DNA of 64,000 bases from Lama guanicoe (Eukaryota). Of the stretch, positions 1 to 11,969 are shown in pieces. Under the pieces are notes generated by a model. The model worked only from the letters and a program-made list of their open reading frames with translations. It searched no databases and was not told the DNA's origin. A program made the position numbers and the translations under genes. The stretch is taken from positions 1,455,717-1,519,716 of the forward strand of contig MU056898.1 in the NCBI GenBank assembly GCA_013239625.1, written 5' to 3'. The stretch's first letter is position 1, and every line of letters begins with the position of its first letter.

Positions 1-381
1 GATGGTGATGACGCTGGTGGTAGCCACCTTGGTGGGTGTGACGGGGCCACGGGCCACTGTGCGGGCGAAGGTCTGCAGGGCCTCGTACTTGGAGCGCAGG
101 GCGTCCAGCTCCAGCCTCATGCTGCTGTTCTCACGTGCCAGCTTCTCCACCTCCTGCTGCAGCTCCACGCGCTGCCGCTCCAGCTCCTCCTTCTGTGTCA
201 CGCGCTTGATGCGGCAGCTGGCGGCGTAGCCGCGGTTCTTGAGTGTGCGCCGGCGCTGCTTCAGGCGCACCACCTCTTCCTTGGTGAGGCCCCGCAGGTG
301 CTGGTTCAGCTCCCGCACCGACATGGACACCAGCTCATCGTCGCTGAGCACCGGGGCGTTCTCACCCGCCTCCTTCTTGAC
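1..381 (-). CDS. MAFK: MAFK last coding exon (bZIP domain), 3' end runs off the window
   Basis: The minus strand reads [127 protein letters not shown], i.e. small-Maf EHR + basic region + zipper. Acceptor CAG at 384-382. Confidence 0.97.
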
Positions 382-1141
382 CTGCGGGGCCACAGCGCTG
401 GGTCAGGAGCCTGGCTGCCCCCTGCAGTCCAGGCTGGCCTGCCCTCCACCACCAGGGGACGGGCGGTCGCTGTGGGATCCACCGCCACCACGCATGGTGC
501 AGCACGGCGTTCCCCAAGGGGCCACTGGCTACACCTGGCCATGACCTGGTTGCCCAAGCTGCCCTCTGCAACTCTCCAGAGCCCGGTGCGTGACATGGGG
601 CTGATGGCAACCCATGCCCCCATGCCCCTCAGACCTGTCAGGGTCCAGCCAGGGGCCTTGGAAGGCGCTTAGAGGTGCAGAGCCCACAAATGCACTGAGA
701 GAGCCCCAACTGCAGCCAGCCCCAGCTCTGCTCTGTGACATGGCCAGTCCAAGGACACATGCCAGCCCCAGGAGCTAAGGGCCCAGGGAGGCAGCCTGTG
801 CTGCGGACTGACAGAGCCAGGCCCCGGGAACTGGAGCGCCCTGCCCACGTGCATCCCACCAGGGCTCTGCGGGACCAGAGGCCACACTGCCCACACCTGG
901 GAGCACAGCCTGGCCGGCACGCGTCCCCCCACCCCACCCTCTGGACGTCAGAGCGTCTCCAGAGGCCACAGCCCCTGGCTCTGTCACCACTTCTCCTAGA
1001 GACACCTCCTCCAGCCAGCAGCCCCCTCCCCACTCCTGGTGACAAGCTTCCTTCCTCACACTCTGAGGGCGGCTCTGGGGCAAGGGCCCCTGGGCCAGAA
1101 GGGGTCCCTCCCGGGTGGTCTGCCCGCCCCACCACGCTTAC

Positions 1142-1177
1142 CTTCAACGCCTTGTTCGCTTTGGGATTAGTCGTCAT
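1142..1177 (-). CDS. MAFK: MAFK first coding exon, MTTNPKANKALK (exon probably begins ~1222 including 5'UTR)
   Basis: ATG at 1177-1175, 12 codons, donor GTAAGC at 1141, in phase with the exon at 381. Polypyrimidine tract + TAG acceptor at ~1223-1245. The neighbouring INTS1 gene supports MAFK rather than MAFG. Confidence 0.95.
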
Positions 1178-4100
1178 AACCTGGGCACAAGTCACCTGGA
1201 CAGAACGGCTTGGAAATGGTGACTAGAAATTACAAAGCACAAAAACGAGCCTGGTTAGGTCCTGGCTGGGTACAGGGCAAGCTGCCGTCACAAGTGACCC
1301 AAGGCAGGGACGTTCCCCCGCAGAGCTGCTCCGAGGAGGCTCACCTCCCCATGCCACGTTGTGTAGCCAGCACCCCGAAAGCTAGGGCACCTGGATGGGC
1401 CTGAATCTCTGCCAAGGGGGCCCAGGGGATGCCCGGCCACACCCTGGACTCCAGTATCGGCCGGCGGAGCGGCCTGGTCACCCTGGTCTGGTGCCCAGCA
1501 GCCACACAGCTGTCCTCCGCCCGCCAGGCCAGGCCCCAAGGACCAGCGCCCTGGGCTGCCACTGGGCATGAGCAGCTGTTGCTTCCTGTTCTGACTCTCA
1601 CCCTGAGCTCAGACGTGTGCACCTGTGAGGGACAGGATGCCACGTTCCAGGGCACAGCCCCCTCCCGAGAGTGGCCACACCTAGCCCCCGGTGCCACTGG
1701 CCCCAGGGACAGCACCTGCCCTGGCCAGACCCCATCACTCTGGGCCCACCTGGCTCCCAGACAGCAAAGTGCCCGTTGGGGAGCCCCTGCCTTGCTGAGC
1801 TCACCTCGATGACAGGCGGGGGAGCCAGGCCCCACCCTCCCCAGCAGACCTACCTCGGCCAAGGGCACTGCAGCTGTGACATCACTGCCTCCACCTCGGC
1901 TGCCCCACAGCCATGACCTGAGGCCCAGAGGGTGGGCGGGGGATCCCTGCGCCAGCCAGCCAGCCAGCCCGCCCAGGACACGGGAGGTGGGAGCCGCAGC
2001 CTCTGGAGCTCACAGACCGTCTGGCGGGAGCTGTCCCCGCCACCCGCCAGCCCACTTCTCATTTTCGCGTCTGCATTGTGTCACACATTCTAATCATTCA
2101 CGAAAAAGCCAGCCAAAGCATCCCAAGCATGATTCCCCTCTGATAGTTGCCATGGCGACCTTGGGAAGTAGCCAACCCCTGATGGTCGTCATGGAAACAG
2201 AGAAGCCCACAGCAACAATGGCTTCGGGCAGGCTGGGCAGACAGCAGGCTGTGGGGCAGTGAGCAGGCCCCTGTGCCCGCAGCCAGGGAAGGGACAGAGG
2301 AGAACGGGCCTCAGACTCCCGGGTGCATTGTGTGGCTGGCGTACAGACCGAGGCCTGCTCACCACGTTCCAAATGCCAGACGGGGTGAACTGAGCAGAGA
2401 AACATCCAAGGAAGGGTCTCAGGCCAGAGACGGAGCCCTGGCAAAGCCTCCAACTCAGGGGTGTTGGAGACCTGGGTGGGGGCAGCCTTCACCTGCAGCC
2501 CCAGGACCCTCACCCACAGCCCACCCACCCTTCTCCACCGAAGGCTGCAGATTCCGAGGGTACCAGCACCCAGGCCTGTGGACCCCCAGCCCTCTTGGCA
2601 ACACAGCCGCTCTCCCTCCCGGGCGCTGGTGTGGGAGCACAGGGCGGCAGTGGGGCTGGACAGCCTCCAGGAGACCCAGGCCCCCCCCACCCCTTGCGTG
2701 GTCACACATATGCCTGGAACAAGCGCGCAGCAGCCAGGGGCCACCCTGCAGGGAGGTAAGAGATGCTTCCTCACCATGGCTTGACCCCTAGCATCGGGGG
2801 AGCCCAAACGAGTGCCCTCCAGGCCTGGCCCAACCCCGACGTGGAGGTCAAAGCTGGGCTGGAGAAGCCACCGGGAGGGAGGGCCATGAGAAACTTCTCC
2901 ACGTCGAGCGAGGAGGGGCTGCTATCACTCCCAGCAGCCAGGGCATAGCTGCGCGGTGAGTCACCAGCTGTTTACAGAGCTGGGCTCACATTCCCACAGA
3001 CCAAGGCCCCGCCCACCCAGTGGACCAGCCCCCACCCGATGGGAACCAGAGGGCAAAGGAGGGGCCTCCACTGACTCCAGCAGACCCTCACTGATGGATG
3101 CACTGGCCTGCCAGGGCCCGGGGCACGTTAAGGGCAGGGACGCCTCCCCTGGGGACGAGCCCGCCCTGGCGTGGCGTGGTGGGGCGCCCAGGCGCCAGGC
3201 TGCACACAGGACTGGGCCTCAGCCCTCCACAGGCCCGGGCCCCTGCCCTCAGCGCAGGCCCCAGGAGGATCAGGGGTCCTCATCCACCAGGTCAAAGTCG
3301 CCTGGGCAGACCCTCTGGCCATGTCCCCCACCTGGGCTCCTGGGGCCCAGGACCACGGGCCAGGAGTCTGGGGGAGACGGGAAAGAGCAGCCCAACCAGG
3401 TCCATCTGGGCCTGACCTCAGGGAGCGTCTCCTGAGATCTCAGACCTTCTGTCTCAGTGGACGGTTCCAGCACTGAAGGCGAGAGTGCCGTAACCGCAGA
3501 GCCGGGCTGAGCGGCAGCAGCGTCTCGAGATCAGGCTGGGAATGACCAGGCAGACCCCCTCTGTGTGGGGCTTCTCTTCTCTCCTGAGAAACAGGGAATG
3601 GGAACAAGGGCGCCACTGCTGTCAGCCCCCAGAGGGCCTCGGCTGGGCAGAGAAGGTGGCCCCAGGCGAGACTCCGGCCCGGGTGGGGGCTCCACTCTCA
3701 ACCTCCAGGGCTTGGGACCCTGGCACTCCTTCCACTGAACCAGAGAGCCCGAGGGAAGGTGGGGAGGTCCCAGGCAGAAGCAGACACTGTCCCCAGGCCC
3801 TGCTCATCTACAGACGCCCTGCCGCAGGCGATCAGACCTCAGCAGCCGCCCCCCTCAGGGGCCTGCTCTACTGGAAAGTCGCCCGCGGGCCGGGGCAGAG
3901 AGCCCGGCTGCTGTGAGCTCAGGACGCAGAAGGGGCGGCTCCGCTACTTACTTCCACCTGAAATACCCGGAACGCATGTAGGCTTGACCTCAAGTCACCC
4001 CAAACTTCAGAAAAACGACGATTTGATTTCGGAAAGATGTTCAGTGAAGAGTTTCTAGGTATGAAGGAGAGTCTGCGGAACAACCGATTTTGAAACGACT

Positions 4101-6574
4101 GCCCCGAAGAGTCTGTAAACCACAGGGCATGAGGCAATCCCAGGCCAGCAGCGCTCACGTTGGGAGGACAGCTCTCTAAGGCTCGGCCGAAACCCAGCTG
4201 GGGTCAGAGGCCAGCCTGGCACCGTCAGGGTCAGGCCAGGCTGGGGCACCCCGGGCAGCCAGCTTCCCCTCCCACCTGGGTGCACCCTCCTCGATCCGGC
4301 TCTGCTGCACCAGTGACCGGTAGCCCCACACCCCTTCCCAGCAGCCTCACGCGAGGACACCTGGGCATCCTGTCCCGGCCGTCGACCATCAGAGCCTGGA
4401 AGCACCACGTGCAGGGGGCCTGCGCCCACAGGTTTGTCTGGGTGAAGTGACCCAAGGGGCCCAGTGGCCTGCGAGCCCAGGCGGCAGGGCTGCCTTCTCG
4501 CTCGCCCCGCTCCCTGCCCAGAAGGAGCCGCTGCTCGGAGAGCTGGACACCAGCACCTCCAATCTGGAACGACTGTCTTCCCAACTGGAGACGTTGGTTT
4601 CCAACCCCAAACCAGGAACTTCATTCTGACGTACAGCTGAGCAAGGTGAACACGGAAGATCACTTCCTCTCTAAGAAAAGGACACCGTGGCAGCCCAGAC
4701 AGAGGCAGCTCCCGCAACCGCAGAGTTTGGTGTGAGTTTGGGAGCCAGGGCATCCCCCATCCGCTGCCGCACCCGTAAGGGCCAGGGCAGGTGCCCTCCA
4801 GCAGGCAGGGGAGCCGGGACCGCGGACCCCTCCGCTCACTTTTCACCTTCCCACCCTCACAAGCACCTGGTGCTCAGCGGCCGCTGTGACCCAGCTCGGG
4901 GCCAGCTCACTGCCCTGGCCGGCCCGGCATGCTCTGGCCCTCGCTGGGCTGGGCCAGGGTTCAGGGCCCGTGGGACGTTTTCTCCATCAAGGAACCAGGT
5001 GGCTGACGGAGTAATGATCCAACCCAAACAGTGCCAGGTTTAAGTTACCCAGGAGCAAAGGAGGCTTTCAAGCTTCAGGCTCTTGCCTGCTAGCCTAGCC
5101 CTGAGCCTGAGCGGGAGATGCTGCCTCCGACGCCTGGCGGAACAGGTGTAGGGTGGGGCAGCTGCTGCTCCCCGCCGGCCCCTCTCAGCCCAGTGAAGGT
5201 GGACAGACCGTCCCTCCCATTCCCAGGCCTCGAGAACATCAGATCTGGGGGTGGGGGGAGGACGAAGGGCAGGGGTCCAGCCTGGAGGTGCAGGTTCCCA
5301 CTGTTGCAGCAGAGCAGCAAACCCCAAAGCCAGAGCCACCATGATGCAGCTGCCTCTGCTCTAGGGCCTCTCGCCAGGGACCCAGGGGCCAGGGACCCAA
5401 AGGCAAGCGCCCCTCTGGCTGGCCGCACAGCAGGCGCCTGTCTGACAAACAAGCACACGTCGACAAGCTGAAGACAGGTCCCAGAACCAGGAGTGCTCCC
5501 ACTGCCCTGCCCACCTCCCGACCAGGCGCTGACAGCCCACCCCAGCTCCCCTACACTGGGGGACACCCTGCCAGCTCAGCCCTCACCCAGCCTGCAGGCC
5601 GGCCCTGGCTGGCCGCCCTTCGGCAAGACATGACTGTCTGCCCGGCTGGGAGGACGTCTGGTCACCTTGCACTTGCAGTCTGAGGAAGCTGTGTCATCCT
5701 GGCTACGTCCAGAGGTGACTCAGGCAGCTGCCAAGCTGACAGCAGGCTGAACGCCACCCCACCCCCGCCACACCCTGACCACCCTTGGGTCCTACCACCC
5801 AGCTTCGGGCTGGCCCTCTGCGCCTCTCGCTCCGCCCCTGGGGGTCCTCCTCAGGGTTCTGTGCACTCCGGGGCTCCAACCAGCCCCACCTCCCTGTCCA
5901 GTCAGGAAAACCTGAGTCTGCAGGGGCCCCAGAGATGCGCCCTCCCCACACCTGCCCGCCTCCCGTGCCCCTAGCTTGGCTGACGGCCCTCCCGCCTGGC
6001 CTCTCCCTCCGCGCCCATGAGCCACCTCAGCCTGAGTCCCCTGCAGGTGCCCCAGACCTACAGCACCACCTCGGCCAGGACCCCCGCATCTCTGTTCCTC
6101 AAATGCAGCCCCCTCCGCCAAGCAAGCAGAGGGAGCCCCCCACTCTCCTGGCCACCTGTTGCCAGGCCAGGCCTCTACTCCTAGCTTCCGCAAGTCCCCC
6201 CACCTGGGTCAGGCACCCTCACTCTTCTCCAGCTATCCCCTGCTCTCCTCTCCCCCAACCCCTGCTTCACCGGAAAGCCCCCCATATGCCCGCCCTGTGG
6301 CGGGCCGGGGGCGCCCTCCTGAGCACACAAGGGCAGAGCCCAAGACCTGGCCCTGGCCTTCCTGTCTCCCTCACTCGATGGGGAGCAGGGGCCTTTCTTA
6401 CCTACACCTGCTCCCCCCAACTCCTGACTGCATACGCAGATGTATTAGCACTGTGCCTGCAGGGGTCTCCCAACTCCTCTCGGCCCCCCAGCCTAAGGCC
6501 CCAAGACAGCACAGAAAAGCCGGTGGGGCGCTGGGCCAGCGCCGGATCTGGGACCCCGCCCCACAGGCAGGTGA

Positions 6575-6680
6575 GGAGCTCAGGGCTCAGTTTCCTCCTG
6601 TAAAATGGGGTGTGTGTGCACGTGAGCCCAGACTGTGAGGTTCATTTCTACCTGCTCTAAAATCCTAGGATTTTAAGATG
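6575..6680. mobile_element. MIR SINE fragment
   Basis: MIR core-like 'ggctcagtttcctcctgtaaaatgggg'. Confidence 0.5.
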
Positions 6681-8199
6681 ACACTTTCAATTTCCTGAAA
6701 CGGTAAGAAAGAGGAAACATGACGAGTCCGCGACTTATAAAAAGCAAAAGTAAACACCGGAGCAATGCAGCTCCCATTAGCAGAGCACAGGGGGGCGGGG
6801 AGCAGAGGGGAGGGTGAGTCACTGTTTACTGCTCCGAGGCGCAGCTACCAGAGGACGCTCCCCGCTGGCCGGGGCTCTATTTCCCGTGTGGACTGGACCC
6901 TAAATCCAGAAAGTCCACTCCAGAAACCTTTAGACTCGGGAACAGCCCGGGCACGGGCAGGAACTCCAGGCTGCCCGGGCTGTAAACAAACTCTCCGGCT
7001 GCGGCAGAGCCCGACAGTGAAAGCACGTCGCGCGCGGACAAAGAAGGGCCGGAAAAGGACTGCACTCGGGGCAGCCTCTGCCTGGGCGCTGGAGAAAGGG
7101 CTGGAACGCCGCGAGCCCGGAGCTGACTTCCCCAAGTAGCCTCGATTCAGCTCCCATTTTTAGCAACCACCTTGAAAGGGAGTGACGCTGGACTTGGAAC
7201 CTGTCCCTTCAAGTCCAGCTCTGCCCCAGCACTCCAGGGAAGAGCCTCGCTTTGTGTTTCTGAGTTAATAAATGATTTATTTTGGAGTAACCAGAGGTCC
7301 AGCTTTAAGTTATAAAAGCAGGCACCCTCTACAGAGCTTAACTAAAACATTCCTGCTGCCCCCAGGGAGGGAAGTTCTCAGAACGGTGTCAACTATCCAC
7401 AGTGCAACAGGTGGCAGGTGCGCCCCACCCACTGCACAGCCCACTTTCTGCGGCCCAGACCCTCCCACCTGCTTAGACCAATGCTTTTTAAAAAGCACCA
7501 CCCCCCCGAAAACACGAGACTTGGAGACTGGGCTCCAGAGCCAGAACACAGCTGTCCTTCACCAAGATACCTGTGCAGCAACTGCTATGACAGCCAGATC
7601 TCATCGTTGCCGACCAAGGTGGGGGGGCAGACAGGCCGCCGAGCCAGGCTGAGGGCGCCCACTGATAGGCCACAACTTGCTGCTGTGGGCACCCAAGGGC
7701 TGAGCCCCCCCCCCCGGCCAGGGGCGTGGCAAGAGGGGCTGAGTGCTGATCAAGTGCTGAATGAATTGGTGATGGAAGATCCTGTTTCTGCCTTGGCTAC
7801 AAGGGCTGTGTGGGAGGTAAACAGAGCGTAATCATTAACACCAGACAGAGCAGGGAACTTCCAGCTACCCAACACCGAGCTGCTCCAGGCCCGCAGGCAG
7901 AACGGGGCAAGTGCTGCTCTGCGAAGGCCTCCACCACACGTGCTGAGCGAGAACACTACTACGGAGACGGACACGGACACGGAGGCGGAGGGCAAGGCGA
8001 TCTGCTTTTCTAAGGCAGACCCTGGCCAGAGCCCAACACGTCCCGTGCCCTCCCGGGTTCCCGAGAAGGTGTGTGGAAGCAGGCAGACTGACAAACCGTC
8101 TGTTTCCTCAACTCGGCAGAAGCCCAGCAGAACCCGCAAGTGGGGCTGGAAAGGACGGAGACCCCCACACTCACACACCAGAAAGATGAGACGCGGGCC

Positions 8200-9400
8200 C
8201 TGGGTTCGGGAAGTGACGCGGTCGCCGTCCCCTCCCCACCCCAAGCTTCCACACCGAGGCCTCCCTCCGGGGAACCCTGGCAAGTCAGCTGCTCAGAAAG
8301 TGAGCGGGCCGGCGCGGCCCCTCCTCCTCGCCCCCCGCACCCTCGGAGCGCCTGGGACCCGGGCGCGGGCGGCGCGGGGCCCGGCCTGAGGGCTGCCGGG
8401 GTGGGACCGCGCGGCCCAGCCGGGCAGCGCCCAGGTGAGCGAGGCCGAGTGGGCCTGCGCCACCACGCGCTCCCCTGCACGTGGCCCTCCGCTTCGCCCC
8501 GGCTTCCCCCCGGAGCGCATCTCCGGAGCCTAAAGGCAGGACAGGTGGGGCGGGCCGGGCAGGGGCGCCGGGCCCGCCCGAACGCCCGCGCTCCCCACCC
8601 GACCCGACCCTCGGCCCTCCCGACGCCGGGCGGGGGTCGCGGCTGCGCTCCCCCGCTCCAGAAAGATGGCCCTCAGCCCGCGCGGCGCGCTCGGGGAGGG
8701 ACACCTGACGGCAGGTGCGCGGGCCGGGCCGGGGTCCCGCGGGCCGGCCCAACTTCGCCGCGGGTCCGAGGCGTGACTCAGCGGCGGGCGGCCCCTGCCC
8801 GGGCCCCCGGCCCCCCGGCCCNNNNNNNNNNNNNNNNNNNNNNNNNNNNNNNNNNNNNNNNNNNNNNNNNNNNNNNNNNNNNNNNNNNNNNNNNNNNNNN
8901 NNNNNNNNNNNNNNNNNNNNNNNNNNNNNNNNNNNNNNNNNNNNNNNNNNNNNNNNNNNNNNNNNNNNNNNNNNNNNNNNNNNNNNNNNNNNNNNNNNNN
9001 NNNNNNNNNNNNNNNNNNNNNNNNNNNNNNNNNNNNNNNNNNNNNNNNNNNNNNNNNNNNNNNNNNNNNNNNNNNNNNNNNNNNNNNNCCCTCCCCGAGG
9101 CCCCGCCCCCAGGCCCACCTGTGCCGGGCTAGCAGGCTGCACCCTGGACCTCAAGTGTGATGGGCGCCGCGTGGTGTTGGGCCCCGCGTGCGCTGCTCCC
9201 TGCACGTGGCGGCAGTCGTCCCCATACGTCGAACCGAGCCGGAGCACCCCCACTTCCCCCTCGAGCCGGCCCTCTCCGGGCTCCTGCCTGGACCCCGTAT
9301 TCGTATTCTCAGACTCACCAGAGCCCTCGGAGACCCCGCCGTCCCAGCCAGAGCCCCCGTCTGGGGAGGGCCGCGTGGTTGTATCATGAGAGGCGATGTG
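8200..9400 (-). promoter_or_regulatory. MAFK: CpG island / MAFK promoter; non-coding exon 1 probably inside the N-gap
   Basis: Very high GC and CpG density; GC-box GGCCCCGCCCCC at ~9099-9110; CACGTG E-boxes at 8478 and 9203; ~7.7 kb upstream of exon 2. Confidence 0.8.
8822..9088. other. Assembly gap (267 N)
   Basis: Run of N. Confidence 1.
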
Positions 9401-10544
9401 TCCAGGGGCACATACACTTCCCTGTCTGCTGGGTAGGCTCGCCCCACAAATGAGGAAAGGGCGCCTGGCGTCCCCTCCTGACAGACACCCCTATCTGTCT
9501 CTTGATTTCCCGGGTCTTTTTGGCCAAGAAATGGGTAAAGAGAACCATTTCTCTTCTATTAGAAAGGCAACAATCTAAAACAGTGACAAATGGCTTCAAC
9601 CCACAGCATGAGTGTTGAGGGGCTCCAAGACCCGCCCCCAATCCCAGCCCTGCTGGGGAATGGACCTAAGGCCCAGCGGATGGCTGCCTTTGGGAAACAG
9701 ATCAAGCAGAGGCAGGCCCAGGACGCTGGTCAGGGCTGGCCCAGGAGAGCAGAGCCTCCTCCGGGCACAGATGGAGAACAGAGCTGGAGAGGTGACCTGT
9801 CCAGGCACACGGCCCGGCCCACTCCGCGCTCCCCGGCACTTGGATGGGAGGCCAAGCCCCTTGATGGTGCCTGGATGCCTCTCAGACATGATGCTCTGCC
9901 TCAAGGAGGCTGCACGTCTGAATATACAGCAGGGGAAATTCGTGGAGGGTCTGGGAGAGACGCAGGCCTCCCATGGGCACAGCTGCACCTGCCCAGGGGT
10001 GTTCACAGGTCTCGGGCGCCCTGGGGGGTGTATCCTGGGAACCAAATGAGAGAAGGTACGGAGGAGTTTGCCGGGCTTCTGTTTGTAGCTGGCACCCCAA
10101 CGTGGCTCCCCGTAGCTTCTGGCTCCAATGGACGTGGGCTTCCTCCTGAGCGACCCTGCTCTTCTTGAGAGCCCTCGCCCTGTGGGACAACCAGGGACGG
10201 GGCTGCCTGCTGACGCTGCAGCGGGAACAGCTGCCGGTAAACAATGAGCAGCGGCGGCGGCGGCCCTTCTCTCCAGGATGTTTTCAGAGTGGACTCCTGG
10301 CCGGGGTTTGAAAGGTGCTTCCCCTTTCTCTAAGCCAACGCCCTCTGTCCTCAGATGCAGAGGTCCCGCTGCCAGTCTGCGGCCCTCTCGGCAGGACAGC
10401 ACAGTGGTCAGGACAGCTTCCTTTCTCCTCAGTGTCCTCGTGTCCCCAGCTTGACTGCAGGCTCTTCAGATTAACCTCCAGTAACCTTTAAGAGCGTTGT
10501 CTAAATGCTCTCATTAACTCCATGAAAGCAGGACCTTGCGAGGG

Positions 10545-10600
10545 TTCATGTCATTTCACCTCTCTGAGCCTTAGTTTCCTCAGCTTTAAAATGGGCTTGA
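10545..10600. mobile_element. MIR fragment, interrupted by the SINE at 10602
   Basis: 'tcatttcacctctctgagccttagtttcctcagctttaaaatggg' resembles the MIR core. Confidence 0.6.
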
Positions 10601-10601
10601 A

Positions 10602-10728
10602 GGGGAGAGTACAGCGCAGGGTTAGAGTGCATGACTGGCACGCACAAGGTCCTGGGTTCAAGCCCCAGGACCTCCATTAAAATGACAATAATGAATCTAA
10701 TTACCTCCCCCCAAATAAAAAATAAAAG
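10602..10728 (+). mobile_element. tRNA-derived SINE (camelid Vic-1-like)
   Basis: GGGGAG head, A-box-like region, B-box GGTTCAAGCC, 'taattacctcccccc', A-rich tail; approximate TSD aaatgggcttga / aaatgagcttga. Confidence 0.85.
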
Positions 10729-10771
10729 TTTTTAAATGAGCTTGACAAAATAGGATGAAGATGGGCTTCCA

Positions 10772-10897
10772 TGGGGGGAAGTAATTAGGTTGGTTGGTTT
10801 GTTTGTCATATCTATCTATCTATTTACCTATTTGGACAGAGGCGCTGGGGGTTGAACCGAGGGCTGCGTGCACGCCGCTGGCCGCATCCTCTTCCCT
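10772..10897 (-). mobile_element. tRNA-derived SINE (same family, internally deleted)
   Basis: Reverse complement contains GGTTCAACCCCCAGCGCCTC and 'cctaattacttcccccca'; approximate TSD 'tgggctt' on both sides. Confidence 0.75.
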
Positions 10898-10914
10898 CAA
10901 AGTGGGCTTTTTAA

Positions 10915-11965
10915 TCAGTGATACTGAGACAACATGAGAACCATTTAGAAAAAAGACCACGTTGGGCCCACAGTTTATCTGGACGGCACCCCAGTACTGT
11001 ACACTTCAAATGGATCAAAGATTCAACATTTTTAAAAAGAAACCATGAAATGATGATGAAGATCTGGAAAGGGATGGCCTTGGCTCACAACAACGTGAAT
11101 GTACTTAATGCCCCTGAACTGAAACACTGAAAATGGTTAAAATGGTGAATTTCATGTTATGTATAGATTCCCACAATAAAAAAAATAAGATTAAAAAACA
11201 TTTAAATGTTGAAGAATACTTGCGTAACGTCCTTTAAAACTTTGGAGTGGGAAAAGGTTTTTCTAGGCATGATTAAAAATCCAGACACATAAAAGCAATT
11301 TAAGGCAAAAATCACTGTAAGCAGAGAACACGAAGTACACACTAGGACTATTTTTCTAACATACAGAGGGCTCCTAGAAATGGAAAAGGAAAAGCCAATT
11401 AGAAAGTAGCAGAGAGTGCAGAAAAAGACACTCAATGGCAAACGCAGGAAAACACGTCCATCATAGGAGAAAACACACGTTAAGATGGCGCTGCAACACC
11501 ACTTCACATGCCAAAATCCAAAACCACCACTCAGTCTGATGGCCAGACTTGGGGGACAGGCTATGGAGCGCACGGCTGGTGGGGGTGCAGGAGGAGCACC
11601 TGGAGGCTCCTTCTGTACTTAACTTGGATTTTGCTTGTCCTCAGACCCAGCCGTCCCACTTCTAGAAATGTGTGCCATGGAAGCGCCTGGTCACGTGTGA
11701 AATTGGGGGTGCCAAGCTCATTCTTGTGTCATCAGCTATAACAACAGAAGAAAGGGAACCACCAAGATGTCATAATTAAGGGAACAACTAAATAAACTGT
11801 GGATCGCCTGTTTGACGGAGTACCACACAGCCATGAAAAGGGAGTGTGGAAGTTCCCCGTGTCCTGATCTGGAAGACTTCGGAGTCTGTTGTAAACGAAA
11901 AATCAAGGTACAAGCCTGGGGTATGATGTGCGACCTCAGGGTTAGGGAGTAAGGGAGATAAATAT
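10915..11965 (+). mobile_element. Degenerate L1 (L1M-type ORF2 3' region) with an L1MB-like 3' end at ~11085-11200
   Basis: A-rich; contains 'aatgtacttaatgcccctgaactg...aaaatggttaaaatggtgaatttcatgttatg...caataaaaaaaa', typical of L1MB 3' ends. Confidence 0.7.
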
Positions 11966-11969
11966 GTTA

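Noticed and set aside
2-544. Plus-strand ORFs at the window start
   Set aside because: Antisense shadows of the MAFK bZIP exon.
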